A stretch of 63,502 nucleotides of DNA, the filler included, from Licmophora abbreviata (lineage: Eukaryota), in the NCBI GenBank assembly GCA_900291995.1. It is 10 parts of 10 records of this genome, joined end to end, with 100 filler letters (N's around TTAATTAATTAA, not from the genome) between each part and the next. Parts side by side here need not be neighbours in the genome. Positions count along the whole stretch, not along the records: positions 42,674 to 60,870 come from OLMU01005194.1; 9 more parts are not named here. One strand, written 5' to 3'. Both the position numbers and the translations under genes were made by a program. The first letter of the stretch is position 1. Every line of letters begins with the position of its first letter. Below, in pieces: positions 44,688 through 56,281 of the stretch. The notes beneath the pieces are model-generated. The model was not told the DNA's origin, did no database searches, and worked only from the letters and a program-made list of their open reading frames with translations.

Positions 44688-45114
44688 CGAGAGTGTTGTG
44701 ATCGTGACAGCGACATCAATGATGAGATGCGTGTGAGGTCGCGAGCTCCTCCAGAGGAGTTCGTACCGCAAAAACGTATCACAATGTGTGTCCGATGCCC
44801 GAGGGAAGCTATGATAGCTACTGCAGCTACAGTTCTAAGCCGAAGACCGACAGCAATCCTGACAATCGCACTGCTTTATGTACAGGTGAGATCTAGAGCT
44901 CACTGGCAGAAATATTTCTCAGCAAACGTGAACAATTGGCTGCCGGGCTGTTGTTAAGTGCTGGAGCAACTTGCTTCACAGTCAATTGTTGGAAGGTGGG
45001 TATTTGTACATGACTGGGTTGATCTGCGCTACCAAAACTGTTCTGCAAATAGCAAGTTTTCGTTCCTAACGCACTTCTCTTCCTTCTTGGTTTCGACGTC
45101 TACCTCCACAAACT

Positions 45115-46204
45115 CTAACGAGAAACACCCATCTGTACCAACCCGGGGGAAGCAAGCAAGAGTTCCACCGTGGTGGACAAATGACAGTCGCTCTCATGGG
45201 CGTGGACAGCCGACGACATGAAGGGATATAAGCCAGATTGCATATCGATCTCTTCAAGAGCAGACGGATGAGCATAGACAAGCTCTTGGACACCTTCGGA
45301 CCATGTCAAGTGTCCTTCCAGTAAAGCAGACTGTAGAGGCAGGCGGTGGGTGTGGAGACTTCGAATGGAAGCGCACGCTCGATTACGAAGCAAGAGAGCT
45401 CGAATGACCGCGGCAGAGTAGTCTTTTGAGTCGGCTGTGTTCCGAGTCGCGTAATCGAAGTGGGATGTTGCCATGTTCGTCACGTTGCGTCAAGCTCGCA
45501 CCCGAATGACTCTCGAATATTTTCTGAAAGTAGTCGGAAGGACATTCCACGCCGCATGCAGCGCAGAGCATCTCGTGGGAAGAGACAGCCCTTCCAGGGC
45601 GTGAAGGTACCACTTTCCCATTGTGGGCTGTGCGTAAGACCAAGTCCATCTTGTCCAGCGTGCTTCCTGGGAGCAGGGAATCGACCGGCTCTGCATACCG
45701 TGACCAGAGTAATTGGAGAGGCAGAGCACGCTTGTGCGTGATCTGACAGGGCACCTTGGCCAAGGAGGGATTCGTTTGGAGCATGGCTCGCAAGATATCA
45801 ATATGCACTCCCAGCTGACAGGCGAAGTGGAAGGGGGTCGTGCCGTGGAGTCCGTTGAGCTGCAGTGGTGCCGACACGGCGGCCGGGCATGAGCGAATCA
45901 AAAATAGCACAAGTGTACGACACAGAGCAGAAGATTCGTCCAGATTACCACAATTGATAATCGTGTGCATGGGAGTGAATCCTGTCTCATTGGAAACAGC
46001 CAACAGACCAGGTCGACGCTTCACAATGGCCCGCATGGCGTCCAAGGCGTTCTTCTCCCATCGAGGTGCGACGCAGAGCGGATGGAGACACGTCAGGCCT
46101 CGAGCGTCCCTCCACGCTAGATCCTGGGGATGCGTCGCGACACGCTGTACGATCTTGTCGTACTCGCGATCGGCAGCGAGCACGTACAACGTAGGAGTCG
46201 CCAT
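45115..46204 (-). CDS. Ankyrin-repeat protein (diatom-expanded type) with +1 insertion near 45456
   Basis: GLTCLH, GFTPMH, GTTPFHFAC. Removing one base restores GNIPLHYA and joins the C-terminal GLYPFM..LL..P tail (ORF 45115-45483). Confidence 0.8.
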
Positions 46205-46650
46205 AGATATGGTCAGTCTTGGATGCCGATGAGGTTCTGCTCTGCTCTGCTCTGTTGCTGTAATGAGAACAAACTCGATGCGAAAAACAATGACGACACT
46301 TTTTCGGCGACTGCGCGAAGTACGCACTTGACCCAGCTTGAAGTTCGGTGAGCGGAGCGCGCGGCCACATGGTTCGACTCCTTCGACTCAAATCTGGAGC
46401 GAATATGCATCCTTTTACGCTCCATCGCTCGTTTCATCCTCAATTCCTGCGTCTGTCTGTCTACAATCTCTCTCAAAGTGTTCGAAAATAACCTACTACG
46501 GACAGACCCAATAAAGAGACGAGCGCTGGAGATTGATCACCATTCTTCGGCAAACTTTCGCCACCTGTTTTGAGTTTCCTTGTTGAGAATGTTGTCACTA
46601 ACGCCATAGCATGGTACTTTGCCGGTAGTCTGTTACATACTTCAGCAGCT

Positions 46651-49244
46651 ATGACGATGTGTTTACGAGCGTTCGCAGTAGTCCTAGTGTCGGCCATCGG
46701 CGTATGGGCTCCGGCAGTATCATTTTCTTTCAATTTCCATGGAATGCAAAGACCATTTTGTAATTCGAAACGCCAATCATCACTCCTTCTTCAGATGAGC
46801 AGCGCTGCTCCAACGAAAGACAAGGCCATAGTTCCGCCGCCAGCCTCGTCTCCACGCCTTCTCAAAGCCAAACAGCTCTTGGAACAGCTCAGCGTAGTAG
46901 ACCCTGACGTGCGTCTCGCCACCAATACTAGCAACGACATATCCTCACAACAGCAACAACAACAATCTATTTCGATCGGAGAAGTCTTTCCCGATGGATA
47001 CTGGACCAACGGACACTTGCAAGATAACGACTATGTCACACGATGGGCTCAGGGCGTCAAGGTTGCCGAGCCTCTTACCCGATACGACCCCGTCAAGGCA
47101 GCGGAACTCTTGTTCCGGCAGCCCACAAAGTGGCTTGTTCGGAACGTTCAGATCGCGTTTCCCTTTGGAGCGTGGGCTGCTTCCGTTGTCTCCGATTATG
47201 TAATGGGAAAATCTCGGGCCAATAGAAGAGTGCGAGCAAGGCAGCTTCAAAAAGCCATATCAGGATTGGGGCCTGCCATCATCAAGGGCGGTCAGGCCTT
47301 GGCGTCTAGACCAGATTTGCTCCCGAGTGAGTATCTGGAGGAACTGCAGAAGCTTCAAGATGACGTGCCGCGATTTAGCAACAAATTGGCATTTGCGACT
47401 GTCGAAGAGGAGCTGGGAGTTTCTTTTGATGAGGTCTTTGAGTTGGTCGAGATGGAACCGATTGCGGCGGCGTCCATCGGTCAAGTCTACAAAGCAAGGC
47501 TCCTGTCCAATGGCGACGTGGTGGCATTGAAGATTCAGCGACCCAAATGCGAAGAAATCATCGCGCTCGACCTTTACGTTCTTCGATGGTGGGCGGGCGT
47601 GTACAATAAGATTTTTGAAGTCTTGAATCGAGATGTGGACTTGCGAAGTATCATTGATGACTTTGGGGAATTGATCTATCGAGAAATCGATTACGTGGCG
47701 GAGGCAGCAAATGCACAGCGTTTCAGCGAGCTCTATGCTGGCGTGAGGGATGTATTTGTCCCGAAAGTCTACTCGGAGCTCACTACGAGTAAGGTGCTGA
47801 CAATGGAATGGGTGGACGGCTTTCGGTTGACTGACAGCGAAAGTCTCGCGGCGTACGGACTGGATCGAAAGAAGCTGGTGGATATTCTTCTGCAGTGCAG
47901 TTTACAGCAAATCCTTGAGAACGGCTTCTTTCATGCGGATCCTCACGCTGGAAATTTGGTTGCACGAACTGATGGCCGTCTGTGCTACTTGGACTTTGGC
48001 ATGTGCAGCTATGCTACAGCCTCGCAGCGCAACGGTTTCTTGTTGGCCGTGGTGCACATTGTCAATAGAGACTGGAGCGAGCTCGTCCGCCTCTATCAGC
48101 GACTAGGATTCATCCCTGAGGGAACGGATTTGACGCCCATCGAGGTGGCTTTGGAAAAGGCGTTGCCGGATGTGCTGAACGCTGACATTTCCGAGCTTAA
48201 CTTCAAGAACGTGGTGAACAAACTTGGTGACATTATGTACACGTACCCATTCTCCCTTCCGCCATTCTACATTGCCATCATTCGCTGCCTTGGTGTACTC
48301 GAGGGGCTGGCTATTCAGGTGAGTCTTTGATCGAATGGGTACATGACATGCATCCGGTGTTGTGGGTGCTCGCCTTGCTGATGGCTGGATTTCTGTCTGT
48401 ATCTCCTAGGTTGACCCCGAGGCTCGGATTATTAGCGAAGCATATCCTTTTGTTGCAAGTCGGGTCCTCACGGATTCCCAGGACGAGTTACAGGAGGCGC
48501 TGCGTCGACTTGCTCTCACCAGCGATGGTAGCGTCCGCTGGGATCGACTGGAGGGTCTCTTGGACGAAGCGAAGACGTTCTCAGGGTACGTGGCTGCTTG
48601 TGGGCCGACCGCCTGGTCTGCTACGCCGAGAAATCCTATGTTAACAGTGCGTTTCACTTGTTCGTCCTTTGTCCAGGTATGATGTTAGCGCAGCTCTGGA
48701 CCAGCTCACGAACTACCTAATCTCGGACGATGGTGAGCAGTTGCTGTCAGATCTGTCAATTGAGATTGTCGAGGAGGCCGATAGCTTGGGTTCCGAGTCG
48801 ATTGCATATGTGTTTGAAGCCTCCCGCGCGCTGGCTATTAACGATGAAGTCGCGGCAGTAAAGGCATTTCGCGCTCTGCAGCGCATTCTTGAACGGCAAG
48901 AAGATGAGGGTGCTGAGGGGGTTCAGAGAGAGGTAGGCGATAGCCTACGTGGCGTGCTTCCTCGGCCTACCCCTTCTATGCAACGATTCGGAAAGATTCT
49001 GTCGCTGTTGCTGGGTGGGCCAGGTGGCACCGGTCAGACTGATCCTGCCAAATTCGTTCCAATAATTCGAAAGCTTGCACAGGAACCAAGAGTGCAGCGA
49101 ACAGCCAACGAAATCGTTGCTCGACTGGGTGAAAGGGTTTTGAGCAGGGGTCTGCGCGCGGCTTTTGGATTACCCGCGCCCGTATTTAATGGCGTTGGAA
49201 TTGGCTCGACCGTGACAGAAGATAGGGTACAAAGACAAACTTGA
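46651..49244 (+). CDS. ABC1/UbiB atypical kinase (ABC1K), probably plastid-targeted (introns 48319-48409, 48586-48676)
   Basis: LGPAIIKGGQALASRPDL, LQDDVP, AAASIGQVYKA, VALKIQRP, HADPHAGN, LDFGM. In-frame GT-AG introns. Signal peptide ending VSFSF. Confidence 0.93.
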
Positions 49245-49346
49245 GGGAGTAATCCCGTGCTACGGATGTAATATAATCAAGTGAAACGTAATAATGCCAT
49301 ACAATACTACGTATTTCCGGGGCCACGGTAGACTACATCTGGGTGA

Positions 49347-51101
49347 CTAGTCGGAATGCCTTCGTCGAGGTCTTCTTCTCAGTAGGAATACGAGCAGCAA
49401 AGTGATTGTGGAGCAAGCTGATGCCAAGACTGCTGTGTGTTCTCCAGGCGAAACGACCGCCATCTTATCTTTCCGAGATCGCGTGCTGGTAGGTTGGAAC
49501 CGAGCGGACCCAGATCCCTTGCTCATTCCAGCGGCGTCATATGCTGTTCCTGATCCACATGTCGACCAGAATTCTTCCAAAAATGAAAGCCATAAAGAGG
49601 TGGCCGCCTCGTTGACGGGTTTCGGGTCAAGTGAAGCATGACCCATAAGCTCCTGTAGAGCGTCCGTGATGAAAGGCACTTCATATTCAAGTGTGTACAG
49701 TTCGTGTAAGCCGTCGACCGTGACGTTTCCCATGAGGATGAAATCGGGCAGTCCAGGCAAGTCCATGTTGCGTTTTCGATTCATGGTTTCATTCAAGATG
49801 ATGATTACCCGTGAGCTGAGATTGCTTGCAATCAAATACATGGTGTCGTTAAAAGGCGACACAATCATGATATCATCGAGAGTCACGTTTCCCTCGAACA
49901 AGTCATAGCGAAAAGACGAACTCTTGCCCTGCAAGACAATCATATTGGTGGAGTGCAGAAACTGTGTTGGTATGACTTGCGTAGTCCACAGACCAAACAA
50001 AGAATCTGCATCCTGCAACGTGCGATTCATGTAGTAGGTTCGAGGAGAGCATCCGACGACTTTCCGCAGTCCCATGTCGTCCTGCGTTTTGTAAATGAGA
50101 TCTGTCAACGCCTGGCCATCCTGTGTCTTGAGCTTATTGATTCCCAATTGCTTTTCAAACACTTCCACTTTTGCATCCAAAAAGATGTGTCGAAACAGGT
50201 CAGATGCTACCTCATCGTTGATGTCAATTGCTGATAGTACAGTTTCATGGTTTGGAAAGGACACGAACCCCACCGTATCCAGGTATCGACCTGCCTCAAG
50301 AGCCGTCGCCCAGTCATCCAGTACGTCGTATCGCCTAAGGTGCGTATGCCCCGTTATGAACTGTACCGGCATGGTCGCACCCGTTTCGTTCCGAATGGCA
50401 GACAAGATAACTGCTACAGAAGGATCATCGGCACTCATGTGCGCCAGGACCAAGATTGCATGGAACTGACCGGCTCGGAGGACCTCTAGGAACCACGGCT
50501 GGCGCACCACTTCTTGTACGCGCTGCACAACAGCAAGCGGAGTCCCCACTCCCGCTTGAAGATTGTACATGAATCCAAAAGTCAATAGTGTGGCATGATT
50601 TCCCCGTAAATATCGATAGCGGCATCCAAGGGGCTTTTGAGTAGTATCATTGCTGTCAAGCAGTAGATTTACATTGGACGTCAGGTAGGCATCTCCAAAC
50701 GACTCGACGAGTCCTCGTGGGCGAGTGATGTATTGTATGGTTTCTTGGTTGTAAATATCGTGATTGCCCACATTGACAGCATCCCATGGCATCTTCATCA
50801 ACAGTCTCTCAAGATGCACCGGGGGGTACGCAGACAGGCCCGTACCATCCATGAAGTCACCGTTCATGACAAACCAAACATCACGTGTAGTAGAGCTGTG
50901 CAATTGCTGGTAGAACGATAGAACGTCGCCATAGTCCGCATCCAGAGATTCATGTACACCGTGCCCCGCCACCCAGGAGTGAACGTCCGTGACAACGACA
51001 ATGTTAATGTCGCCCAAAGGCAAGTTCGATGCAACGGCACCCATCACAAACATGATGCGACACATAGTGGACAACAAGAGCAAAGAGTAGAGAGATCTCA
51101 T
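49347..51101 (-). CDS. Calcineurin-like metallophosphoesterase / 5'-nucleotidase-like, secreted with C-terminal TM anchor
   Basis: TDVHSW, NGDFMDGTGLS, GNHD, LAH, GHTH, SPFND; signal peptide and C-terminal TM followed by RRR. Confidence 0.9.
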   Translation of the reverse strand: MRSLYSLLLLSTMCRIMFVMGAVASNLPLGDINIVVVTDVHSWVAGHGVHESLDADYGDVLSFYQQLHSSTTRDVWFVMNGDFMDGTGLSAYPPVHLERLLMKMPWDAVNVGNHDIYNQETIQYITRPRGLVESFGDAYLTSNVNLLLDSNDTTQKPLGCRYRYLRGNHATLLTFGFMYNLQAGVGTPLAVVQRVQEVVRQPWFLEVLRAGQFHAILVLAHMSADDPSVAVILSAIRNETGATMPVQFITGHTHLRRYDVLDDWATALEAGRYLDTVGFVSFPNHETVLSAIDINDEVASDLFRHIFLDAKVEVFEKQLGINKLKTQDGQALTDLIYKTQDDMGLRKVVGCSPRTYYMNRTLQDADSLFGLWTTQVIPTQFLHSTNMIVLQGKSSSFRYDLFEGNVTLDDIMIVSPFNDTMYLIASNLSSRVIIILNETMNRKRNMDLPGLPDFILMGNVTVDGLHELYTLEYEVPFITDALQELMGHASLDPKPVNEAATSLWLSFLEEFWSTCGSGTAYDAAGMSKGSGSARFQPTSTRSRKDKMAVVSPGEHTAVLASACSTITLLLVFLLRRRPRRRHSD

Positions 51102-51398
51102 TCTAGAGTACGCGTGCTGCCGGCTAAAGATGCCGCAGATTGAACTTTATGTGTCAATCATGGTATCGTGTTGTACTTCGGAAGAGTGAGAGAGCGAGAG
51201 CCGCTTCTTGTTCCTAATGGAGCGACGACACGACAACACGACGACCACCATGTTCAATTTTTTTGTTTTTGCCTTTTTGCGTTTGTCCGCTTTCCTTCCC
51301 CGGTAGTTCCTACGCGAGCGCGGACAAGCGGGAAAGCGTACGATGGACGGACTGGTGGGCGCTTGGTTGTGGTCGCCAGTGGTGCCGAGACAAGAAAA

Positions 51399-51430
51399 AG
51401 TCTCTCTAGAGAGACCTCTCTAGAGAGACT
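51399..51430. repeat. Perfect 15-bp inverted repeat (2-nt spacer) built from nested CTCTCTAGAGAG palindromes
   Basis: AGTCTCTCTAGAGAG-AC-CTCTCTAGAGAGACT, in a divergent intergenic region. Confidence 0.9.
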
Positions 51431-51636
51431 ACCGGTGTGAGTACCAGCTAATCAGAGGATAGTAGACCAATGAATTTGTTGCGTGTCCAACTAAATTGAA
51501 CGGGTTAGCTACTCAGTAGCTAACAGTGTGGCGGTATCGTAGTACTCCGAGTATGATAGAGTGAGACTAGATCATAGAGTAGTCGAGTGGGTCGAACAAC
51601 CAGCAGGGCGCGATTATTTCTTACCAACAGAGATTG

Positions 51637-52752
51637 ATGAGAGCTTGCCTCAAAAGAACAGTCAAAAAACTGACACCACAATCTGTCAGCAGCATTCGAC
51701 GTGAGAGAGCGACCATGGCAAAAGAAGACACAGCGCTCCCGTCGCCTGACAAGGTTGTTCGCTATCCCATTACTGGCGATGAACAGGGAGGAAGACTTTT
51801 TCTATTTGGAACGTCAAACGCTCCAAATATGGTCTTGTTCTGTGCCGGATACCCCGACGACCATGCGTCCTTTTCCCTGTTCGCCGAGCGCTTGGCGCGA
51901 GAGGCGAACTGTCTCTGCGGTGTGACTTGCTTGGTGGGCTTCGATGATTATCCGGAAAAACCGTGGCACTCGCATCGCTCGCAGGGATATACGCTCGACG
52001 AAATGACAGTGTCGCTTCGAAATGCCGCTAAAGCACTGCGACAGGAAGGGTCTGCTGTCAATGGGGTATCGTTCACGACGATATTCCATGACTGGGGCAG
52101 TGTCATTGGGGCCTTCTACACGAATCGGGCTTTAAAAGAGCAAGACTCACTTGTAACTCCCGACCGAATTGTGTATTTGGATGTCCTTCCGATCCGTCTT
52201 CATCGCGGCGAGCCGGAGCGTGTCAAACCGGCCCCCAAGACTGCCTATCACATTCTTGCAGAAGTCCTCTATCGCGTTGTTCTGGCCAAATCCTTTTTGA
52301 TTCAGAGATTTCTGTCCGGTTACCTGGCTGTCGTGTACTTTCTGTTCAGTTTCGCGATCTTGCGAGTATTGGGTCTGACTCCTGGCAACAAGCAACTGGA
52401 TGATCCCATTATTCGAGGCCGCAAAGTTGATCCTCGCAGGTTTATCTTCATGGCATACCCCTATTACTACATGTGGTGGGCGATCTTAGGATCCTCCCGT
52501 GGGCCTGAAAATCCATTGGCAGGCTTCCACTTGCCCCTACTGGAAAAGACGCCTGTCTTGTACCTCTACGGCGCCTCGAAAAGCATTCAGTTTCACGATG
52601 ACAACATTGTAAAGTATCTGCAGCAACACCGCAATACTCCAAGCAATGCTATTGAAGTTCGGGATGCAGCCCATTGGTTGCACTTGCAAAAACCAGACTT
52701 GTGTATCAAGGCGGTGAAGGAGTTCATGATTTCTACCAAAAAGACAAAGTAG
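51637..52752 (+). CDS. Alpha/beta hydrolase, epoxide hydrolase/dehalogenase-like
   Basis: AGYPD oxyanion-like motif, FHDWGS Asp nucleophile, PVLYLYG, AAHWLH. Alternative start at 51715. Confidence 0.85.
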   Translation: MRACLKRTVKKLTPQSVSSIRRERATMAKEDTALPSPDKVVRYPITGDEQGGRLFLFGTSNAPNMVLFCAGYPDDHASFSLFAERLAREANCLCGVTCLVGFDDYPEKPWHSHRSQGYTLDEMTVSLRNAAKALRQEGSAVNGVSFTTIFHDWGSVIGAFYTNRALKEQDSLVTPDRIVYLDVLPIRLHRGEPERVKPAPKTAYHILAEVLYRVVLAKSFLIQRFLSGYLAVVYFLFSFAILRVLGLTPGNKQLDDPIIRGRKVDPRRFIFMAYPYYYMWWAILGSSRGPENPLAGFHLPLLEKTPVLYLYGASKSIQFHDDNIVKYLQQHRNTPSNAIEVRDAAHWLHLQKPDLCIKAVKEFMISTKKTK

Positions 52753-52856
52753 TCTAGTAGCAGTACCGTAGAACGAAACGGTCTATATAGTGTACCAAGC
52801 AAGGGCATGGCGTTCATGATAGCATTTGTATAATAAGAAATAATAGCATTAGTACG

Positions 52857-53747
52857 TTATAGCAGCTTCGACCCTTCTTGTCGATATCCCAGCTCCTCCC
52901 ATCCCAACATGTCCCGAATGCTTTCCAGTCGCTTTAAGTTTGAATTTCGATCGCTTACTGGCTGCGTCAAGGGATAGATAAAGACAGACGTTCGACTTGC
53001 ACTGCGATACAAGACCAGATTTTCCTCCGACCGCAACACAAACTCCAAATCATCCAAACCACTCTCTCCTGTCAGCCCCGGGGGCGATTGCGTCGGTGCG
53101 GTCGCATGCAAGTACAGATCGGTCAGTTCCACAATTTCTATGCCCTTGACTGAATTGACGGCCTTGACCAAGGACTGCCACGCAACTCGACTGTCGTCAG
53201 TCTCGGTGAGGTACGTCCACGGAGGGCTAAAGCGAGATGGATTCTTCACACTGCTTGTCGAAACTCCATTGGCTGTGGCAGATATTTTGCTAAGACGTCC
53301 GTCCGGATTACTGGCCAGAAGCTCCCCACGACACGTGACAATAGTGCGAGAAGGATCTGTGGCAGTCCGACACCCCCTTCTGCCTGCAGATGTGGCAGCA
53401 AGGTTCGTCGGGACGTCGACAGCATGAGCATCCAGCGGATTCTTAACCAAAGTAGCGAGCGACAAGGCGAGCGAGGCGAACGAGGATCGACGCGAAAACG
53501 AAAAGGCTTCTTCTTCCGGTCCAGCAGTCGCAAAAATGTGTCTACATCTGCCGGATACAATCGTCTGCTTCGCCTCGACCATGCCGGTGCAAGAGCTCAT
53601 CATGTTTTCGTTGGATGATGGCTGGAACGCAAGGCACCCATTCAATATCAGCAACAGAATTCCTGTCCCTCTCAGGCAAAAAGATCGATTCCCGTGGTAC
53701 AGCTTCATCGCGTGGGTCGTTGCCGTTTCAACGTGATTGGACTCCAT
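52857..53747 (-). CDS. DUF1499-family protein, predicted thylakoid-lumen targeted
   Basis: CLA-FQP signal, twin-Arg SRRSSF..AHA, VSTSS..PPW, DDLEF, YRSASR, N.KRLE.IR..LG. Start may be 53708. Confidence 0.8.
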   Translation of the reverse strand: MESNHVETATTHAMKLYHGNRSFCLRGTGILLLILNGCLAFQPSSNENMMSSCTGMVEAKQTIVSGRCRHIFATAGPEEEAFSFSRRSSFASLALSLATLVKNPLDAHAVDVPTNLAATSAGRRGCRTATDPSRTIVTCRGELLASNPDGRLSKISATANGVSTSSVKNPSRFSPPWTYLTETDDSRVAWQSLVKAVNSVKGIEIVELTDLYLHATAPTQSPPGLTGESGLDDLEFVLRSEENLVLYRSASRTSVFIYPLTQPVSDRNSNLKRLESIRDMLGWEELGYRQEGSKLL

Positions 53748-54051
53748 CGTTGCAGAGCGGCGCTTGACGACAACGCCGGCAAAAGCCTATTGTACCAAAG
53801 CATCATTGTCGCCCCACCACGACAGGTTGAAGTTCGAGCTCTACCGATCTCTTTTCAAATCAATTCCTCACGTCTGTAGGTTCCTTTATTATTTGAAAGT
53901 AGATTTAATGAAACATATACATACTTTAACTTATATCAATTTATATCCACCGTTATCTGCAAGCGCGCTCGCACCCCGGTTCAAACAAGCGACACACGGG
54001 GCGAGGAATATGTATGATACAGAAAGAGCACACTGAAGAGAAAGGGCGACG

Positions 54052-55332
54052 ATGATGGTGGTGACGCGTCCTTCCTCTTCGACTAGCATCGTCCCTCACA
54101 TGGGAGCATGGCTTTCGGATTTGCTGCGATCGGGCCCCCGCCCTGTGGATCGGGCGCTGGGAGCGGCGGCCACGCTGGGCCTCAGCATGATCATTCTTCG
54201 ACTGGTCGGACAAGCAGTGCAAGCACGGTAAACAAGGTCAGCATCAAGGGGACAGCAAAACGTCCAAGATACGACTTCTTCAGAACATCCTCCAGTATCT
54301 CTTGTCGTCTGGTAGAGATGCCGACAAGCCGGAGTCGTCGAGACTAGCGGTTCACAGAGGCTCCTGTCACTGTCGGGCAGTCCATTTTGAGGTACGAGCG
54401 TCATGCTAGTTCCATCGATCATGGTTTTGGGGTCGCGGCAGACGGAACGTATTGAAAACTTCATCGAGAACTCAATCTTTCCTTTTCTTTCTTTTTCTCA
54501 GCTGCTGGCTCCGCAAACACTGGTGGCAAACGAAGGTCCGGTCGGAAAGATTCGATATCCGCACGTGCGCGCCGCTGCCTCTCGCCTTCGCTTTTCCAAA
54601 GGAACAGATCGTCTCCAAATGTACTATGTGTCGGTTGCAGAAACCGTCGATGAGAACTGTGGAGATAGCACTGCAAGCAGCAGACTGGCAGCGCATACGT
54701 TCTGTTCGCAGTGTGGAGTTCACATTTTGTATGCGCCGTCGGCGGAATCGGACGAGCTTGAAGTCAATGTAGACTTGTTAAAGAGAAAGAGTCGAAAAAA
54801 CATGAAACTGACTCACGAGGAAGATCATCTGGCCACTGGGACATCGGTAGAAGAACAATGGACGATGGAAGACAATGAGGATGTCAGGAACGCATCGTTT
54901 TGGGGGAGCGTCGACGAAGGGTCTCTCTTTGCGAAATACGACGACGGAGCAATATCGCTCATGGACAAGAGCGCGGCTGCGTCACCTGGAACCCCCTCGA
55001 CGGTGACTACTACCGGAACAGACACGTACGTGACCCGATCCAGATCGTTTCATTCGGAACAAGAATCAGCAGCGTCCGAAGATACCGAGGACGTGCTACA
55101 GCTCAAGGTCGCACAACCGCTCAGCACAGCTCTTCCCACCATGCTGGAGTCTCCCACGTCGACTTCCTCTGCAACTCCCATGATGCGAGATCAGCTCAAG
55201 TACTACATGAGCAAACACTTACCAAGCAGCAGAGCGTCTACGATGGGCGCTGACAGGTGCCAGCAAGCAGCAGTGCCATCCAGTCTTGCAGAAGAAGAAA
55301 AGAGGGACGATGTTCCAAGGGAACAAGAGTGA
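54052..55332 (+). CDS. GFA/CENP-V-like Zn-binding domain protein (intron 54392-54501; second intron 54228-54315 or frameshift at 54229)
   Basis: HRGSCHCRAVHFE (upstream of the track ORF) splices to ..AHTFCSQCGVHIL..VNV. N-terminal hydrophobic segment and low-complexity C-terminus. Confidence 0.72.
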
Positions 55333-55422
55333 TGGAGGCATATACGATGCTACCTTGTAAAGCGAAAAGCTACCATGTTATCAATATTTGAGATTTTAAA
55401 GTTGTTCCTCTTTGACGTCTAT

Positions 55423-55995
55423 TCATTCCTCACTTGGCTCTTTCAAAGCTCGCTCAAATAGCAAGACCACTTCGTCAGTCCTGTCGGCGACATTGCTCGT
55501 CAATGCCTCCACAACTTCCTCCCATTGCCCCGCCCCAGCGACATCAAACATGGAGCACTGCCAAGACAAGCCTCCCGCGAAGGAAGCTGCCATCGTCGCG
55601 AGTCCATCTCCTCGCGGCAGTCCCAAGGTCCACTGCGACGTGAACCGGAGCACATCTCCTGCCTTCTCCCCGCCCTTGCCGTCCTTGGTGCAGACGGCCA
55701 GATTGTTCTGTGGGGCCACATCCAAGCCGAATGGGATCTGATACCGGACTTGGATGATTTCGCTCGGAACGGAAAGAACAGGCTGAAAGTTCATTTGCGC
55801 CTGAAGGTTGGAGTCCGAAGGAGGCATGGAGACGGCCACTTGGAACTTCTCGGCCATGGCGAGACGAGTGACGGTGTTGGCAGCGGCGCGGGCGGACTGT
55901 TTCGAAGACTGGACGTCAACGACAAAGCCATAGCTCGACTGATGGAGAGCCATACACAGCAGGAGACACATCTGAGAAGCTACTCGAGACAACAT
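55423..55995 (-). CDS. Small plastid-targeted protein with degenerate PDZ-like fold
   Basis: Signal peptide ending SYG-FVV. IPFGLDV..GEKAGDVLR..WEEVVEAL..VVLLFER pattern. Confidence 0.6.
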   Translation of the reverse strand: MLSRVASQMCLLLCMALHQSSYGFVVDVQSSKQSARAAANTVTRLAMAEKFQVAVSMPPSDSNLQAQMNFQPVLSVPSEIIQVRYQIPFGLDVAPQNNLAVCTKDGKGGEKAGDVLRFTSQWTLGLPRGDGLATMAASFAGGLSWQCSMFDVAGAGQWEEVVEALTSNVADRTDEVVLLFERALKEPSEE

Positions 55996-56281
55996 GATGG
56001 AATCTTTGCTTGTCTATATACACCACGCTGTGCAATGAATAGCATGGAGTGGACAAGGCATGCCACCGGCGACCGCCATCGTCACCGCGTTTGTGCCGTG
56101 CTGATGGCATCGCGATGACGCAAGTGAACGCGCTCGCGGGGCGCCAAAAAACGGAGCAGGAGCTCGAGATGAGAGAATGGAGCTCGAAGAAATCGAAACG
56201 AGACACGACTGTACGACGACGCCCACGCCGACAATCATGCACCTTGATCATCACATCGTGCTGCTGTTGAGCTGTTGAAGC

